A stretch of 64,000 nt of DNA. Origin: Octopus vulgaris. Taxonomy: Eukaryota. The DNA is taken from contig OX597821.1 in assembly GCA_951406725.2 (NCBI GenBank), positions 98,642,001 to 98,706,000 of the forward strand, read 5' to 3'. The notes under the pieces were generated by a model. It saw only the letters and a list, made by a program, of their open reading frames with translations. It made no database searches and had not been told where the DNA came from. The translations under genes and the position numbers were made by a program. Position 1 is the stretch's first letter. Each line of letters begins with the position of its first letter. Below, in pieces: positions 51,689-64,000 of the stretch.

Positions 51689-53467
51689 TTGTATGTTGGC
51701 ATATTTTTAGAATGACCTTGTAGGATAGGTGTGAGAGGTTGGATGTGGTCTGTTTTAATATAGAATACGTGGAATATTGGGCTGGCTTGTGCAAGCCATG
51801 CCAGCATGGAAGGCAGACGTTAAATGATGATGGTAGTGGTGGTGGCCAGATTAAACGTTAAGGGGTAAAAATACCAAATAGAATTAAAATCAAAATTTCA
51901 ACTAGAATGCTGTTACTATAAGTTTAAATTAAAATATATTTATTAACTTTACTAATAAATGAAAGGAATAAAATGCCGTTGCTTTCTGATAGCCTGTTGA
52001 ATAAATTTGTAAATTGATACAGGAATTGTGTGACAAGTATTATTTGATAGATGCTCATTCCATTACTATAAGTTGACAGTAAAACTTTGATAGGCTTGAA
52101 TAGGTAAGATATCTTACTTTGCCCTAAAGCTCTAATGCCCAAGGGCTTACTCGGGCATTATTTCTGAGGCCTTAGCAGAAGTGAGTTTAGTTATATTTAG
52201 TAAAAAATTTGAAATTTAATTCTGTTCCAGGCGAAACTCTTTCATATTTTTGGGCCCATATATGGAGGAAGACGCAATATGCAAAATAAATTTCTAATTT
52301 AGGACCAGATTAAATTTTTGACATAATCACATTTTAGTGATTATTATATTATGAAGGATAGAAAGATATAAAAATGTATTTTATAGGTATATTTTCAGCT
52401 TTAAAAATTGATTTTACTAAATAAGTGTTTATGGTACATGGGAGGTAACTGTGTTTTATATAATCTGAATGAATATTGATTTGCTTCTAGTAAATCAACT
52501 TATAAACTCCCTTCACTGGTAGAAACAAATGTGTAAGTTGATCAGATGTGTATTTTTGGTTAGTCGAAACAAAAAGAAATTATTAGAATGTATCTTTGAC
52601 TTATCAGCTTGTCTAGCGAGTTAGACAATATTTTTTGATGTCACACATGATTCAGACTATTATCTCTTCTGTTTCTTCTTTATACTTCATCAGTATAAAA
52701 TTTCTATATGTTTATCTATTATGCTACAGTCCTTAGAAATATACAGTCCTTGTAATAGTAGAGATACTTAGCAGACCAAACAAATCAGAATTGCAAACTG
52801 TAGAGATACCTTTGACTGAATAATTTTCAAGTATAAAATTTTCTGAAACCCAAAGCGTCCATCTCTTATTTTTACACACTCAGTCAATGAACATTCTCAG
52901 TTTTCCAGAGCAAATGTACAACAAATTTTCCCTTATATTCTCATACAAAGAATAAAATGAGGATTACATAAAGCTTTGCATATTTATATTTGATGAACGT
53001 TAACCCATAAACAAAAGCCTTAATTTTTTTCCCTTTTACAAAGTAGTATGCAAAACAACTTTCAACACTGAATCGCATTTGTCTGTTTTGAATCTTCACA
53101 TCTCTCCAAAATAATTGAAAGCAGGAAAGAAACATTCAATAATAAGATTAATGATAAATAAACAGAAAATTCACTTAGTGAATATTATTACTGAATCCCA
53201 CATCATGATGAATAATTCTCATGTCTATGATAAACGTAACTGGTCAGAGAGTAAAATTGACAGAGGTTATACATATATCATGTTTTATAGTTGTGAAAAT
53301 TGTCTCACTTTTAAATAATTGATTAGCCAGACAAATTGAAACAGACTAAAATGGAGCCTTCTGTCTTAGTAAAAACAAAAAAACAAACAATGTCTGGTAC
53401 AGTTCAGCAACAAGATCAAAAACAATCTACATAGCTCTGACTTCTGTGGCCTTATAGTTCCCCATTA

Positions 53468-53885
53468 AGGCGGCGAACTGGCAGAAATGTTAGCACGGCG
53501 GGCGAAATGCGTAGCCGTATTTCGTCTGATGTTACGTTCTGGGTTCAAATTCTGCCGAGGTCGACTTTGCCTTCCATCCTTTCGGGGTCGATAAATTAAG
53601 TACCAGTTATGCACGGGGTCGATGTAATTGACTTAATCTGTTTGTCCATCCTTGTTTGTCCCCTCTGTGTTTAGCCCCTTGTGGGTAGTAAAGAAATAAG
53701 TATTTCGTCTCTCTTTACGTTTTGAGTTCAAATTCCGCCAAGGTTGACTTTGCCTTTCATCCTTTCAGGGTCGATAAATTAAGTACCAGTTACGCACTGG
53801 TATCGATGTAATCGACTTAATCCGTTTGTCTGTCCTTGTTTGTCCCCTCTGTGTTTAGCCCCTTGTGTGGCTAGTAAAGAAATAT
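53468..53885 (+). mobile_element. SINE family B with tandemly duplicated 3' part
   Basis: Full copy followed by a second unit starting at tatttcgtct (about 53700). Confidence 0.8.
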
Positions 53886-54466
53886 AGCTCCCCATTCTAT
53901 CATTGCTGGCACAGCACATTCCCTCCATTGCTCAATTACTACATTCACTTTCATGGTTAACCTCTGTACTCATCAACATTACTATCATTACCATCAGCAT
54001 CATCTGTTGCTGCTATTGCTCTACTACTATCTCTCCCAGTATGAAGACATCACTCTTTGCTTCTTCTCTATCTCAGTTCAACAACATGTCTACTGATACT
54101 ACATTTCCCCCAAAATCCAACTCATCCAATAGCCAGGGCATACCCTCAACCTGCAGTCTATGCCACCCCTACAGCAACACTGCCCAAATCATCTCTGGAA
54201 CATTCTATCAATATGAATAAAATGGAATCCCAAAATCTGTTACAATTGTCTACATGAGGGAATATGACTATCCCCTTGTCCACCTTCCAGATATCAGATG
54301 CATAATTAAGAGACACTACCAACCAAAAAATGATACTCTTATTTATCTGCACTCCAACAAATTTAACACAATGATATTGCTGTTGGAGCTATTTCCTTCT
54401 CAAGTTGAAATGATCATGAGGGTTATTTTCAGGATTCATTAAGGCAAATCCTCAGGAATTGTTTAC

Positions 54467-54974
54467 AGGAGTGGCTGTGTGGTAAGTAGCTTGCTAACCA
54501 ACTGTGTGGTAAGAAGCTTGCTTCCCAACCGCATGGCTCCGGGTTCAGTCCCACTGTGTGGCACCTTGGGCATGTGCCTTCTACTATAGCCAACCAAAGC
54601 CTTATGAGTAGATTTGGAAATTAAAAGAATCCCATCGTATCATCATCATCATCATTTAGCGTCCGTTTTCCATGCTAGCATGGGTTGGACCATATATATA
54701 TATATATATATATACGAATATGTTTGTGTGTCTTTGTGTTTGTGATCCCCACCCCCATCAGCACTTGACAACCGGTGATAGTAAGTTTATATCCCCGTAA
54801 CCTAACGGTTCGGCAAAAGGGACATATAGAATAAGTAACAGACTATAAAAGAAATACGTCCTGGGGTCGATTTGTTTGACTAAAACCCTTCAATGCCCAA
54901 GATGCCACGCAGTGGAACTGAAACCGGAACCATGTGGTTGGTTAGCAAGCTACTTACCACAGCCACTCCTGCGC
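54467..54974. mobile_element. SINE family A cluster (+ copy plus inverted head at 54893-54974)
   Basis: Aligns to the family-A sequence. Confidence 0.7.
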
Positions 54975-55496
54975 CTATTAATATTTTTCTTGTACACCCA
55001 TTTGGTAACATGGACCGACATAAAGTGAACAGGAGTACAATTACACATGACCTATCACTTGTTGACTGGTCTTTCACTCTTCCTCCCTCCAATATAAAAA
55101 TGTCTTGGTAGCTATTTGAGGACACTTATTCACGTATGTGCAAATCGCATCCCATCATGCCCTGCAAACATAGATGCAGACTCTCTTGAGAAAAAAAATC
55201 ACTCATCAGAAAAATAGAGTTAACAGGAAACAAAAAAACAAAAGCTAAAATACTTCCAGCAGCAGCAGCAGCACGTCTCTCAAGGGCAATAACTTACACT
55301 GGAATCAGAAAACGAACGTCTCCAGAACTGTACGAGGTCTCTCATTAATAACCAAAGTGGTGTCGAGAAGACAGTGCCTTTGCAAAAATTAGGCACAGTT
55401 CTAAAGTCTCCAATTTCTTTGCTAGAAAGCCTAGGGCAACGTTTTTCATTCATTGGCTCACTGATCAAGGAATACAACGACTTCATTCACAATGAT

Positions 55497-55694
55497 ACTC
55501 CCTCTTTTACTTGTTTCAGTCAGTTGACTGCGGCCATGCTGGAGCACCGCCTTTTAGTCGAGCAAATCGACCCCGGGACTTATTCTTTGTAAGCTCAGTA
55601 CTTATTCTATCAGTCTTTTTTGCCAAACCGCTAAGTGACGGGACGTAAACACACCAGCATCGGTTGTCAAGCAATGCTAGGGGGACAAACACAG

Positions 55695-55755
<61 letters not shown>

Positions 55756-55915
55756 TACGACAGGCTTCTTTCAGTTTCTGTCTACCAAATCCACTCACAA
55801 GGCATTGGTCGGCCCGGGGCTATAGCAGAAGATACTTGCCCAAGATGCCACGCAGTGGGACTGAACCTGGAACCATGTGGCTGGTTAGCAAGCTACTTAC
55901 CACGCAGCCACTCCT
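55497..55915 (-). mobile_element. SINE family A
   Basis: Reverse complement of 12721-13118. Confidence 0.85.
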
Positions 55916-56275
55916 GGGCCTGATGTCACAGATACAAAGGAGATTCTACAGAAGCAATACTGCTTTGTCTTCAATGATCCTGATGTGGTTGAATTAGGCA
56001 TTATTAATGTAATAAATCCCCCCAAAGCATCCTCCCTGACATAACTTTCAGCATTGCAGACATCATTGCAGCAATTAATAAAATTAACCAATCTTCAGGT
56101 GTAGGCTCTGATAGATTCTCTGCTAGTGTCCTGAAGGAGTGTAAAGGATTTTGTCCAATGCTTTAGGTTTTTGATAATGCATTGCTGAATACTAATGACA
56201 CCTTGCCTTTTAACACACCAATGTTTTGACACATTTTAGTATGCTGTCATGGTAATTAAAGAAATGGTAGTAGAT

Positions 56276-56663
56276 TACTCTTTACTCTTTTACTTGTTTC
56301 AGTCATTTGACTGTGGCCATGCTGGAGCACCGCCTTTAGTCGAGCAAATCGACCCTAGGACTTATTCTATCGGTCTCTTTTGCCGAACTGCTAAGTGACG
56401 GGGACGTAAACACACCAGCATCGGTTGTCAAGCAATGCTAGGGGGACAAACACAGACACACAAACACACACACACACGCATATATATATATACATATATA
56501 CGACAGGCTTCTTTCAGTTTCCATCTACCAAATCCACTCACAAGGCATTGGTCGGCCCGGGGTTATAGCAGATGACACTTGCCCAAGATGCCACGCAGTG
56601 GGATTGAACCCGGAACCATGTGGCTGATTAGCAAGCTACTTACCACACAGCCACTCCTGCGCC
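56276..56663 (-). mobile_element. SINE family A
   Basis: Reverse complement of 12721-13118. Confidence 0.85.
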
Positions 56664-57404
56664 TATTAATATTTTCCATTTAGGATTTATTGTTACATCC
56701 AATGTGACACTTGTAATGGTGTATGGTAGTGAAATGCAAACCATGACTGCAAAAACAAGAAAGAAATGAGGCGAGCATGCCTCAATGGATGTGTAATGTG
56801 CATAAAGACTATCTGAGAGAAAAATTGGTATCGGAGGAATCAGATGTTGTGTACAAGAGAGAAGGTTGTGCTTGTATGAGCATGTGATGCATATGTAAGA
56901 TGGTTGCTGCACTTGTAAGTGCCAAGCACTCCAAATTAGTGTAACTTGTAGAAAAAAGAGACCAAGGAAGACTTGGGATGAAGTAATGATGGATAAGCTG
57001 CAAATGATGGAGAAGATGATAGGACCATACTGATTGGTGATGTGCTACAGAAGACCAAACCACCCTTGGCAGAATGTATCCTTACACAAAACATTTTACA
57101 TGTCAGGAAGGATGTTTTGAAGATTTATTACATTAATAATGCTTAATTCAACCACACCAGGATCATTGAAGACAAAGCAGTATTGCTTCTGTCGAATCTC
57201 CTCATATTTTGTATCCTGCCAAGTCTATGTTTGCTGCTCCCTAACCTTGCATTCTTGACCCTGCCTCTCATCTGCCTATTACTCCTGTTCCTCCTTTTAC
57301 TTGTCTTCTCATCACTCTACTCTTCTCCACTCCTTGCACTTTACTATATATATAACAGGCTATATTGTATCACCATCACCCATCTACCCAGCACAGTCTA
57401 ACTT

Positions 57405-57885
57405 TACCTGAACGCCTTACTTCCCTGGGCATGGACACATTGAAACTCCAACGTCTGGCAGCTGACTTGGCAGACACCCATAAAATTATCAACCATCTTA
57501 CAAACAATAACTCTGAGTACCTTTTCAAACTCCACCCATCTAACACCCGTGGACATATTTACAAAGTAAGAAAACAGCACATCTCCCATGACTTCAGGAA
57601 ACATTTTTTCACACTGAGAGTTGCTGAAGCATGGAACAAACTGCTGGCATCAGTTGTTAGTCGTCGGAGCACTGCATCCTTCAAAACTTCCATGCTTCCT
57701 GAGATTTGCCAACACTACACTTGATTTTCTCCCCTCCATACACACACAAGCATGTATCTGACTCATGCATTGTTCGCTTTCCAGACATTTGTACATTACT
57801 GCATGTACTTTATATGCACTTTCTGACAAGTTGTGGTGCACCTGAGCACTGTTTACAATAATTTCATTATTATTATTATTATTTT
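57405..57885 (+). mobile_element. CR1/L2-group LINE 3' end with (ATT)n tail
   Basis: ERLTSLGMDTLK..TRGHIYK..RKHFFTLRVAEAWNKL; near-identical to 61290-61792. Confidence 0.85.
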
Positions 57886-58571
57886 ATTCTGCTGTTCCAC
57901 CAACCAGCACTTTATTCTCTCTAGGTCATGTCTTTACCATCCATCATCTTTTCCATGTTTTTATCTCATCACCCAATCTTAATTTTGCTCATCTCTGCAA
58001 TTGTCAATTACTCCTTTCCAAACATCAAACATCTTTGCTTTTTCCTATCCCCACCTATCCAGTCTTTCTCATGTCAATACCCTATTTTCTACCATGGTCA
58101 CCCGAGCCGATATACATAACCTAGGTTTTATTTAATACACTCTCTCACAACTACCGATTTCCGGTCCTTTTGCTGCATTCATTGCCTCTTCTACCCTTCA
58201 AGCTCAGTCTATAAGCCTTAGGTTACCAAGTACTCTTGTTAAGTGAATAGTGAGTGCTGGACATAGAAAAATATACACACTGTAAAGGATTTAGCAAGTG
58301 TGTAGCAAAAGTGTTGGATTAGTGAGGTCTCTCTAGTCTCATTGAGGACCATTCAAGCTCTCTAGTGTTGGTGCCTCAAGAAAATGCACCCAGTACACTA
58401 TAAAGAGACTGGCAATAAAAAGGGTATTTACCTGTAGAAACCAAGCAAAATGGCATGTACAAGAACCGGCCTACAGAAACTGGTTCTCAGCATAAGAAAT
58501 AACTTGGACCGTGATGAAGTTCATCTCATGTCAGCATGGAAAGCGGATGTGAAATGAATGTGATGATACGT

Positions 58572-58972
58572 GCAGGAGTGGCTGTGTGGTAAGTAGCTTG
58601 CTAACCAACCATATGGTTCCAGGTTCAGTCCCACTGCGTGGCATCTTGGGTAAGTGTCTTCTACTATAGCCCCGGGCCGACCAATGCCTTGTGAGTGGAT
58701 TTGGTAAACGGAAACTGAAAGAAGCCCGTCGTATATATGTATATATATATATATATGTATGTGTGTGTTTGTGTGTCTGTATTTGTCCCCTAGCATTGCT
58801 TGACAACTGATGCTGGTGTGTTTATGTCCCCATCACTTAGCGGTTCGGCAAAAGAGACCAATAGAATAAGTACTGGGCTTACAAAGAATAAGTCCTGAGG
58901 TCGATTTGCTTGACTAAAGGCGGTGCTCCAGCATGGCCACAGTCAAATGACTGAAACCAGTAAAAGAGTAAA
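58572..58972 (+). mobile_element. SINE family A
   Basis: Aligns to 12721-13118. Confidence 0.85.
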
Positions 58973-61289
58973 TACTGAAATTATATAGTGCAAGAATGTT
59001 TGGATATATTATTGTTTCCAAAGAATGTGTGTCATCAAAATTTAAAAACGTACATTTTTGTTGGTTTCTGCAATAAAAACTTCCTTCAGTTCCCATGTCT
59101 TTGGGAAAAGAGTTTCTAATGTTTAAAACAAAATCATTCCTTTGGGTGTGAGAAAAGTTGGGTTTTTTTTTTTCATTATTTTTGTGGACTAAGGAACTTT
59201 TCTCACTCTCCAAAGTAAGACTTTATGTGAAACATCTCACTCTTCAAAGCATATAAACTTAAGAATTTTACAGCAAATGCAATTTTCACAGATACAGGTT
59301 ACCCAGGATCTCTCTAGATGCTACTTTTGAAATATTTTTATTAAGTATTAGTCGTTATTGGTGAAAACCCATGATCATCACTTTCAATAATTAGGTAGAC
59401 TTTGTTTCAGCTGGAAATTTTGTTTTATACTGATAATCAACGTTTTCATTGTAGTATTTGAACTTTTTCTCTAATACAGTCCTGACAACCAATACAATTT
59501 CATGCGTTAGAACTACTGAAAATAGGCTGTCATATAACAGAACATCATGGTCATGTTTTTGCTCAGAATTTGTTTGTTTTTATTTTCTTTAATGTGTGAG
59601 GTTCAGCTACAAGAATTCAAGATGTTTAATAAAACATTGCACGACCTCACCAATACTGGTGCCATGACAAAATGCACCCAGTGCACTCTGTGAAGTGGTT
59701 GGCATTAGGAAAGGCATCCAGCTATAGAAACCATGCCACAACAAACACTGGAGCTCAGTGAAGCCCTTTGGCTTCACAGTTTATGTTGAACTGTTCAACC
59801 CATACTAACAGGGAAAACAAGACATTAAATGATGAAGATGATGATAAATACTTGTGAAAGCATACGATGAATGTTGGAGTGATTTGTAGACAAAATAGTG
59901 CCTTTCGCTCTAATCGTTTGTTGGCATCTTCCCTTGACCTTTTTAACTCTCCAGTCTTCAAAACATCATTACTTCCTGAATGTGGGCAGCAGCATCGAAC
60001 TCCCTTGTTGATCAAGTGTCACGTATCAGAGGTGGTTTCACATATTAGTGTAGTTCATTCAGTGGTGGTGCCCCAGCATGGCCACGGCCTTCGGGCTAAA
60101 ACATTTTTAAGGATTTAAGAATTTTTCCCTGCACATCACATCAAGATTGTTTAATTATGACGATACTGATTTCACACACTTTGTAGTCTGATAAATGCTA
60201 GGTTTGATAATTGCATATACAAGATAGAGTTGGCAATGAGGTCTTGGTGTTCACCAGGGTTACCTTATTGCTCTCTTATTCATGAAAGTTTTTTAGGCAA
60301 TGGGGCAATAGCTTAAGGCTGGTTGTCTGTTCTTGCCTGTTTCGTGCATTTGTTTTCTATTAATATTCCAACAGTATCAGATTCAAATATTCCACAAACA
60401 TTTCCCTACCAGTCATTACTCTCCAGAAATGCCGCCTTTCTTTCATTACTTTATACAGAAATTCAAAAAGTTCATGGAAGCTGCTCCTTTTCTCATTAGT
60501 AAAATGTAAAACAAAAATAACTGACATGCTACACTGCAACTAGTTTTATTATTATTATTATTATCTGTTAGTCAGAAATTCTATGACTGCTTTAAATCTG
60601 CAAGTGTATTTTCTGATCTCCTTAACAAAACAATCTGTTCTATGATTTTTTCATTAATTATTATTAGAATCTAGACTAAGTAACAAATTTTTAAAACACA
60701 CTTAAAAACTTGTATTATCATATCTGTTAACATTTGCACAACATAATCCTCTCAGAAATACCAGGAGTATTTTGACTTATATCATTTAAAATGTCAGTTG
60801 ACAAACTGAATGTTTTAGAATAAAGAGCATCCACTAAGAATTGCTTGTGAAATTACTATCTTCTCTCTTATAGAATTTTATTGATGATTACCAGTTTAAA
60901 GCTATCAAAGGTCTGTGTTTTTCTTGTTGTTCATAGCATTATAAAACCAGTCATTTGGCAACTGTAATGTTCCCTAGTGTAAAAATGGCCAATCACTTGT
61001 TGGATGACTAGCTGAGGTTGATTTTTTTATGGCTTATCATCACTGTACAATGCCTGGTACTAAAATACTTAACTTTTTCTGGGCTAGTTGACCTAGATGC
61101 AAACAAGTACCACAGAGAAGACAAGCTTCCATTGTAAGCAACTGGAGTAGAGTTAAAGATCATCTGCTTAGTGCCAGGCTCAAGTTCTATGAGTTTGGAG
61201 AAAACAACAGAAACTTATACAAGTAAATTCTTCTTATGAGTCTTACACTAACTTATTAAGTACCCAATTCATAATGTTAAGTGAGGATG

Positions 61290-61792
61290 GACCCTCCATC
61301 AGGCATTTGCCATATTCTGAACGCCTTACTTCCCTGGGCATGGACACATTGAAACTCCGACGTCTGGCAGCTAACTTGGCAGACACCCATAAAATTATAA
61401 ACCATCTTACAAACAATAACTCTGAGCACCTTTTCAAACTCCACCCATCTAACACCCATGGACATATTTACAAAGTCAGAAAACAGCACAGCTCCCATGA
61501 CTTTAGGAAACATTTTTTCACACTGAGAGTTGCTGAAGCATGGAACAAACTGCCGGCATCAGTTGTTAGTTGTTGGAGCACTGCATCCTTCAAAACTTCC
61601 ATGCTTCCTGAGATTCGCCAACACTACACCTGATTTTCTCCCCTCCATACACACACAAGCATGTATCTGACTCATACACTGTTCGCTTTCCAGACATTTG
61701 TACATTACTGCATATACTTTATACGCACTTTCTGACAAGTTGTGGTGCACCTGAGCACTGTATACAATAATTTCATCATTATTATTATTATT
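61290..61792 (+). mobile_element. CR1/L2-group LINE 3' end with (ATT)n tail
   Basis: LPYSERLTSLGMDTLKLRRL...WNKLPASVV. Confidence 0.85.
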
Positions 61793-62764
61793 TAACTATC
61801 TGAAAATGGTTATATAACTGCTAATGTCAGTGGATTTATCCCTATAACACATGCACGCTCATACACACACACAACAGAAAAATGTAAAACAATTTCCATG
61901 AACTGTTATCTATTATTTATTCCCAGTAATTTATTTACCAAGTCAGTTTTCTCTCCAGTTTCTTTATCTGTTAAACTAATGTAGCCATATTTTCTTATGG
62001 TTATTTAACAAAATGTTATTTTTTTCATAGTGAAACTGTTCCATTATTTTAAAATAGAAAATGTGATTTCCTATTTCTGTCTGTTTGTCTGTCTCTCTGT
62101 TACATGTCTACTTATATATGTAAAGATTTGATTTCTACAAAAATCTTGATTCGCACCTCCCTGTTTGTGTGTATATATTATCAGTTAGTTGTCCAGAAGT
62201 CAGGGTGAAAAAGCACACTCAATATAAATGATGGTACATGTATATTTTTATATCATTAAGTAATATAACTAGTCAGAATGTTACTGTTGGTTTCATATAA
62301 AATATTGCCACTGGACATTTGTTAATACAAATCTTCTAACATGTTGATAGTGTTTAGCATCCTTTATGCTGAAGGTGTACAGGGTCTAGATTGGTTGGAT
62401 GGTGACAAAAAGTGGAGCAAAACACAGTGAAAAATATTATTTCTAAGGAGAAGAGTTGGTGTTAACCATGGTGAAGCATGTAAGCTGTGTAAATATATAT
62501 AATATTCCCCTGTTCAAAAACAGACCTGACCATGTTACAAAATGAATTTGTAGTTATAAGAGCAGCATCTGAAAATTTCTTGTCTTATGTTCATGAAACT
62601 GCCTGGATCATGTGAATGTTTTAGAATGATTCTTCTCTCCATCAAACAGAATCTGCATCTTCTCTATGAAGGCAATGCTTTAGCCATTTCTAGAAGTGTG
62701 AACAGTCACAATTGGACAGGGCTCACAAAAGACCTGGTATACAACCAAGTTCCACAGGGATCAA

Positions 62765-63040
62765 GATAACTATAAAAACTAACCTACCTGTAGTTAATTT
62801 CCTAGAAATAATGCTTTATTTAGATACAGGTCATACAGACCTTACTGTAAAGTGAACCAGAGGCACCCATACATCAACATAGTTTCCTGTCACTCACCTT
62901 TAATGTTTAAAATCCTTGTAAAGCATGTCAGTAGAAGGATCTTGAATCTATCCTCCAGTAAAAATGTTTTCAACACTGCAGCTCACTACTATAGTGAGCG
63001 TTTGGCACCTGGTGAATTTAAAGATCAGCTAGGGCTGTCT
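62765..63040 (+). mobile_element. Penelope-like RT thumb fragment
   Basis: KTNLPVVNFLE...YINIVSCHSPLMFKILVKHVSRRILNLSSSKNVFNTAAHYYSERL. Confidence 0.65.
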
Positions 63041-63204
63041 TAGACTGATAGATAAACATTTCATGCAAGGTCATAGACATACCTTAAGCTGTGCACCTAG
63101 TGCCAAAAAATATATCGGTAGCTCTAAACCATGAGCTGAGGCATGATGCTCATGCAGGGTTTACAGTGAGAGTCCAGTGAATGGTCAATGTAACACAGAA
63201 GCTG

Positions 63205-63545
63205 TGATCTGTGAACTCTGTAAAAACTGTAAGACATGACATGAAAAGCTGCTATGGAGACTATGAGGCCATAACTAGCATGAAGGGACACTGCAGGCAT
63301 TCTGACTGTGTCTGCATGCCAGATTTCATCCCGTCTTTGAATGGGGCCTTAAGTATAGTTGAGGAAGACACTAACTGCTCTGCCTGCAACAAGGCCAAGA
63401 TCAAGGAGGTGTGTGAAACTCTTCCTAGGGACACAGTGAAGAATGCATATGTCAAGTTCTAGAGCTGTCTTGATGTCATAATAGAAGCTGAGGGTGACTA
63501 CAATGAGTAAACAGTCATAATGTAATTGATGTTTTTTGATTTTTT
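63205..63545 (+). mobile_element. Mariner-like fragment, same family
   Basis: NSVKTVRHDM...VEEDTNCSACNKAKIKEV matches the pieces at 19183 and 25394. Confidence 0.65.
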
Positions 63546-63573
63546 AAATACACACATATATGTGTGTATATTT

Positions 63574-63757
63574 ATCATCGTTTAACGTCCGTTCTCCATG
63601 CTAGCATGGGTTGGACGGTTCGACTGGGGATCTGGGAAGCCAGAAGGCTGCACCAGGCTCCAGTCTGATCTGGCAGTGTTTCTACAGCTGGATGCCCTTC
63701 CTAACGCCAACCACTCCGAGAGTATAGTGGGTGCTTTTTACGTGCCACCGGCACAGG
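63574..63757 (-). mobile_element. RTE 3' UTR fragment
   Basis: Near-identical to 27840-28020. Confidence 0.8.
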
Positions 63758-64000
63758 GTATCAAATTAAATACACAATCAAAACAGCTACTAATAGTTTT
63801 ATGCTATTATGATCCTTGAACAGGCATATTTATAAAATACACCATGTACCTAAAAGCAATCTTTCAGGCCGTTTATGTGTTATATATAAGTTTTAAAAAC
63901 AAGGATGCCGGTCTGTAAGAAAACAAGAAAAAACGTAAAGGTTGGTGCAAAAAATGGAATGAAAAAAAGAAATTAAATCAAGTATTACGATCCTTATCAT

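Noticed and set aside
54985-55496. Coding-like stretch (LESENERLQNC...)
   Set aside because: Interrupted by stops and lying among SINEs; more like a decayed LINE ORF2 linker than a host exon.
60376-60510. Possible exon after a ccaacag acceptor
   Set aside because: No recognisable protein similarity and no supporting exons.

Overview
AT-rich, repeat-dense metazoan genomic DNA. The SINE, LINE and microsatellite landscape resembles octopus/coleoid cephalopod DNA (inference). One protein-coding gene is well supported: a class III ubiquitin-conjugating enzyme (UBE2E-like, + strand) with coding exons 23804-24069, 41093-41143, 46042-46174 and 49437-49688, giving 233 aa. Most of the rest is transposable-element debris: three tRNA-derived SINE families, RTE/CR1/R4 LINE fragments, Penelope-like elements, Tc1/mariner elements, non-autonomous Helitrons, foldback elements and long TA/TG microsatellites. 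There is also an orphan fragment of the 28S rRNA 3' end. The most notable signal is non-coding. A 355-bp, highly self-complementary unit with a 33-bp terminal direct repeat and a hammerhead ribozyme motif (38283-38670) looks like a retro-inserted viroid-like circular RNA (retrozyme). About 14 further hammerhead-like motifs from at least 6 other small families are scattered through the window; several carry recurrent non-canonical cores (U4C, A6U, A9C). All structures were read by eye; none were folded or searched computationally.
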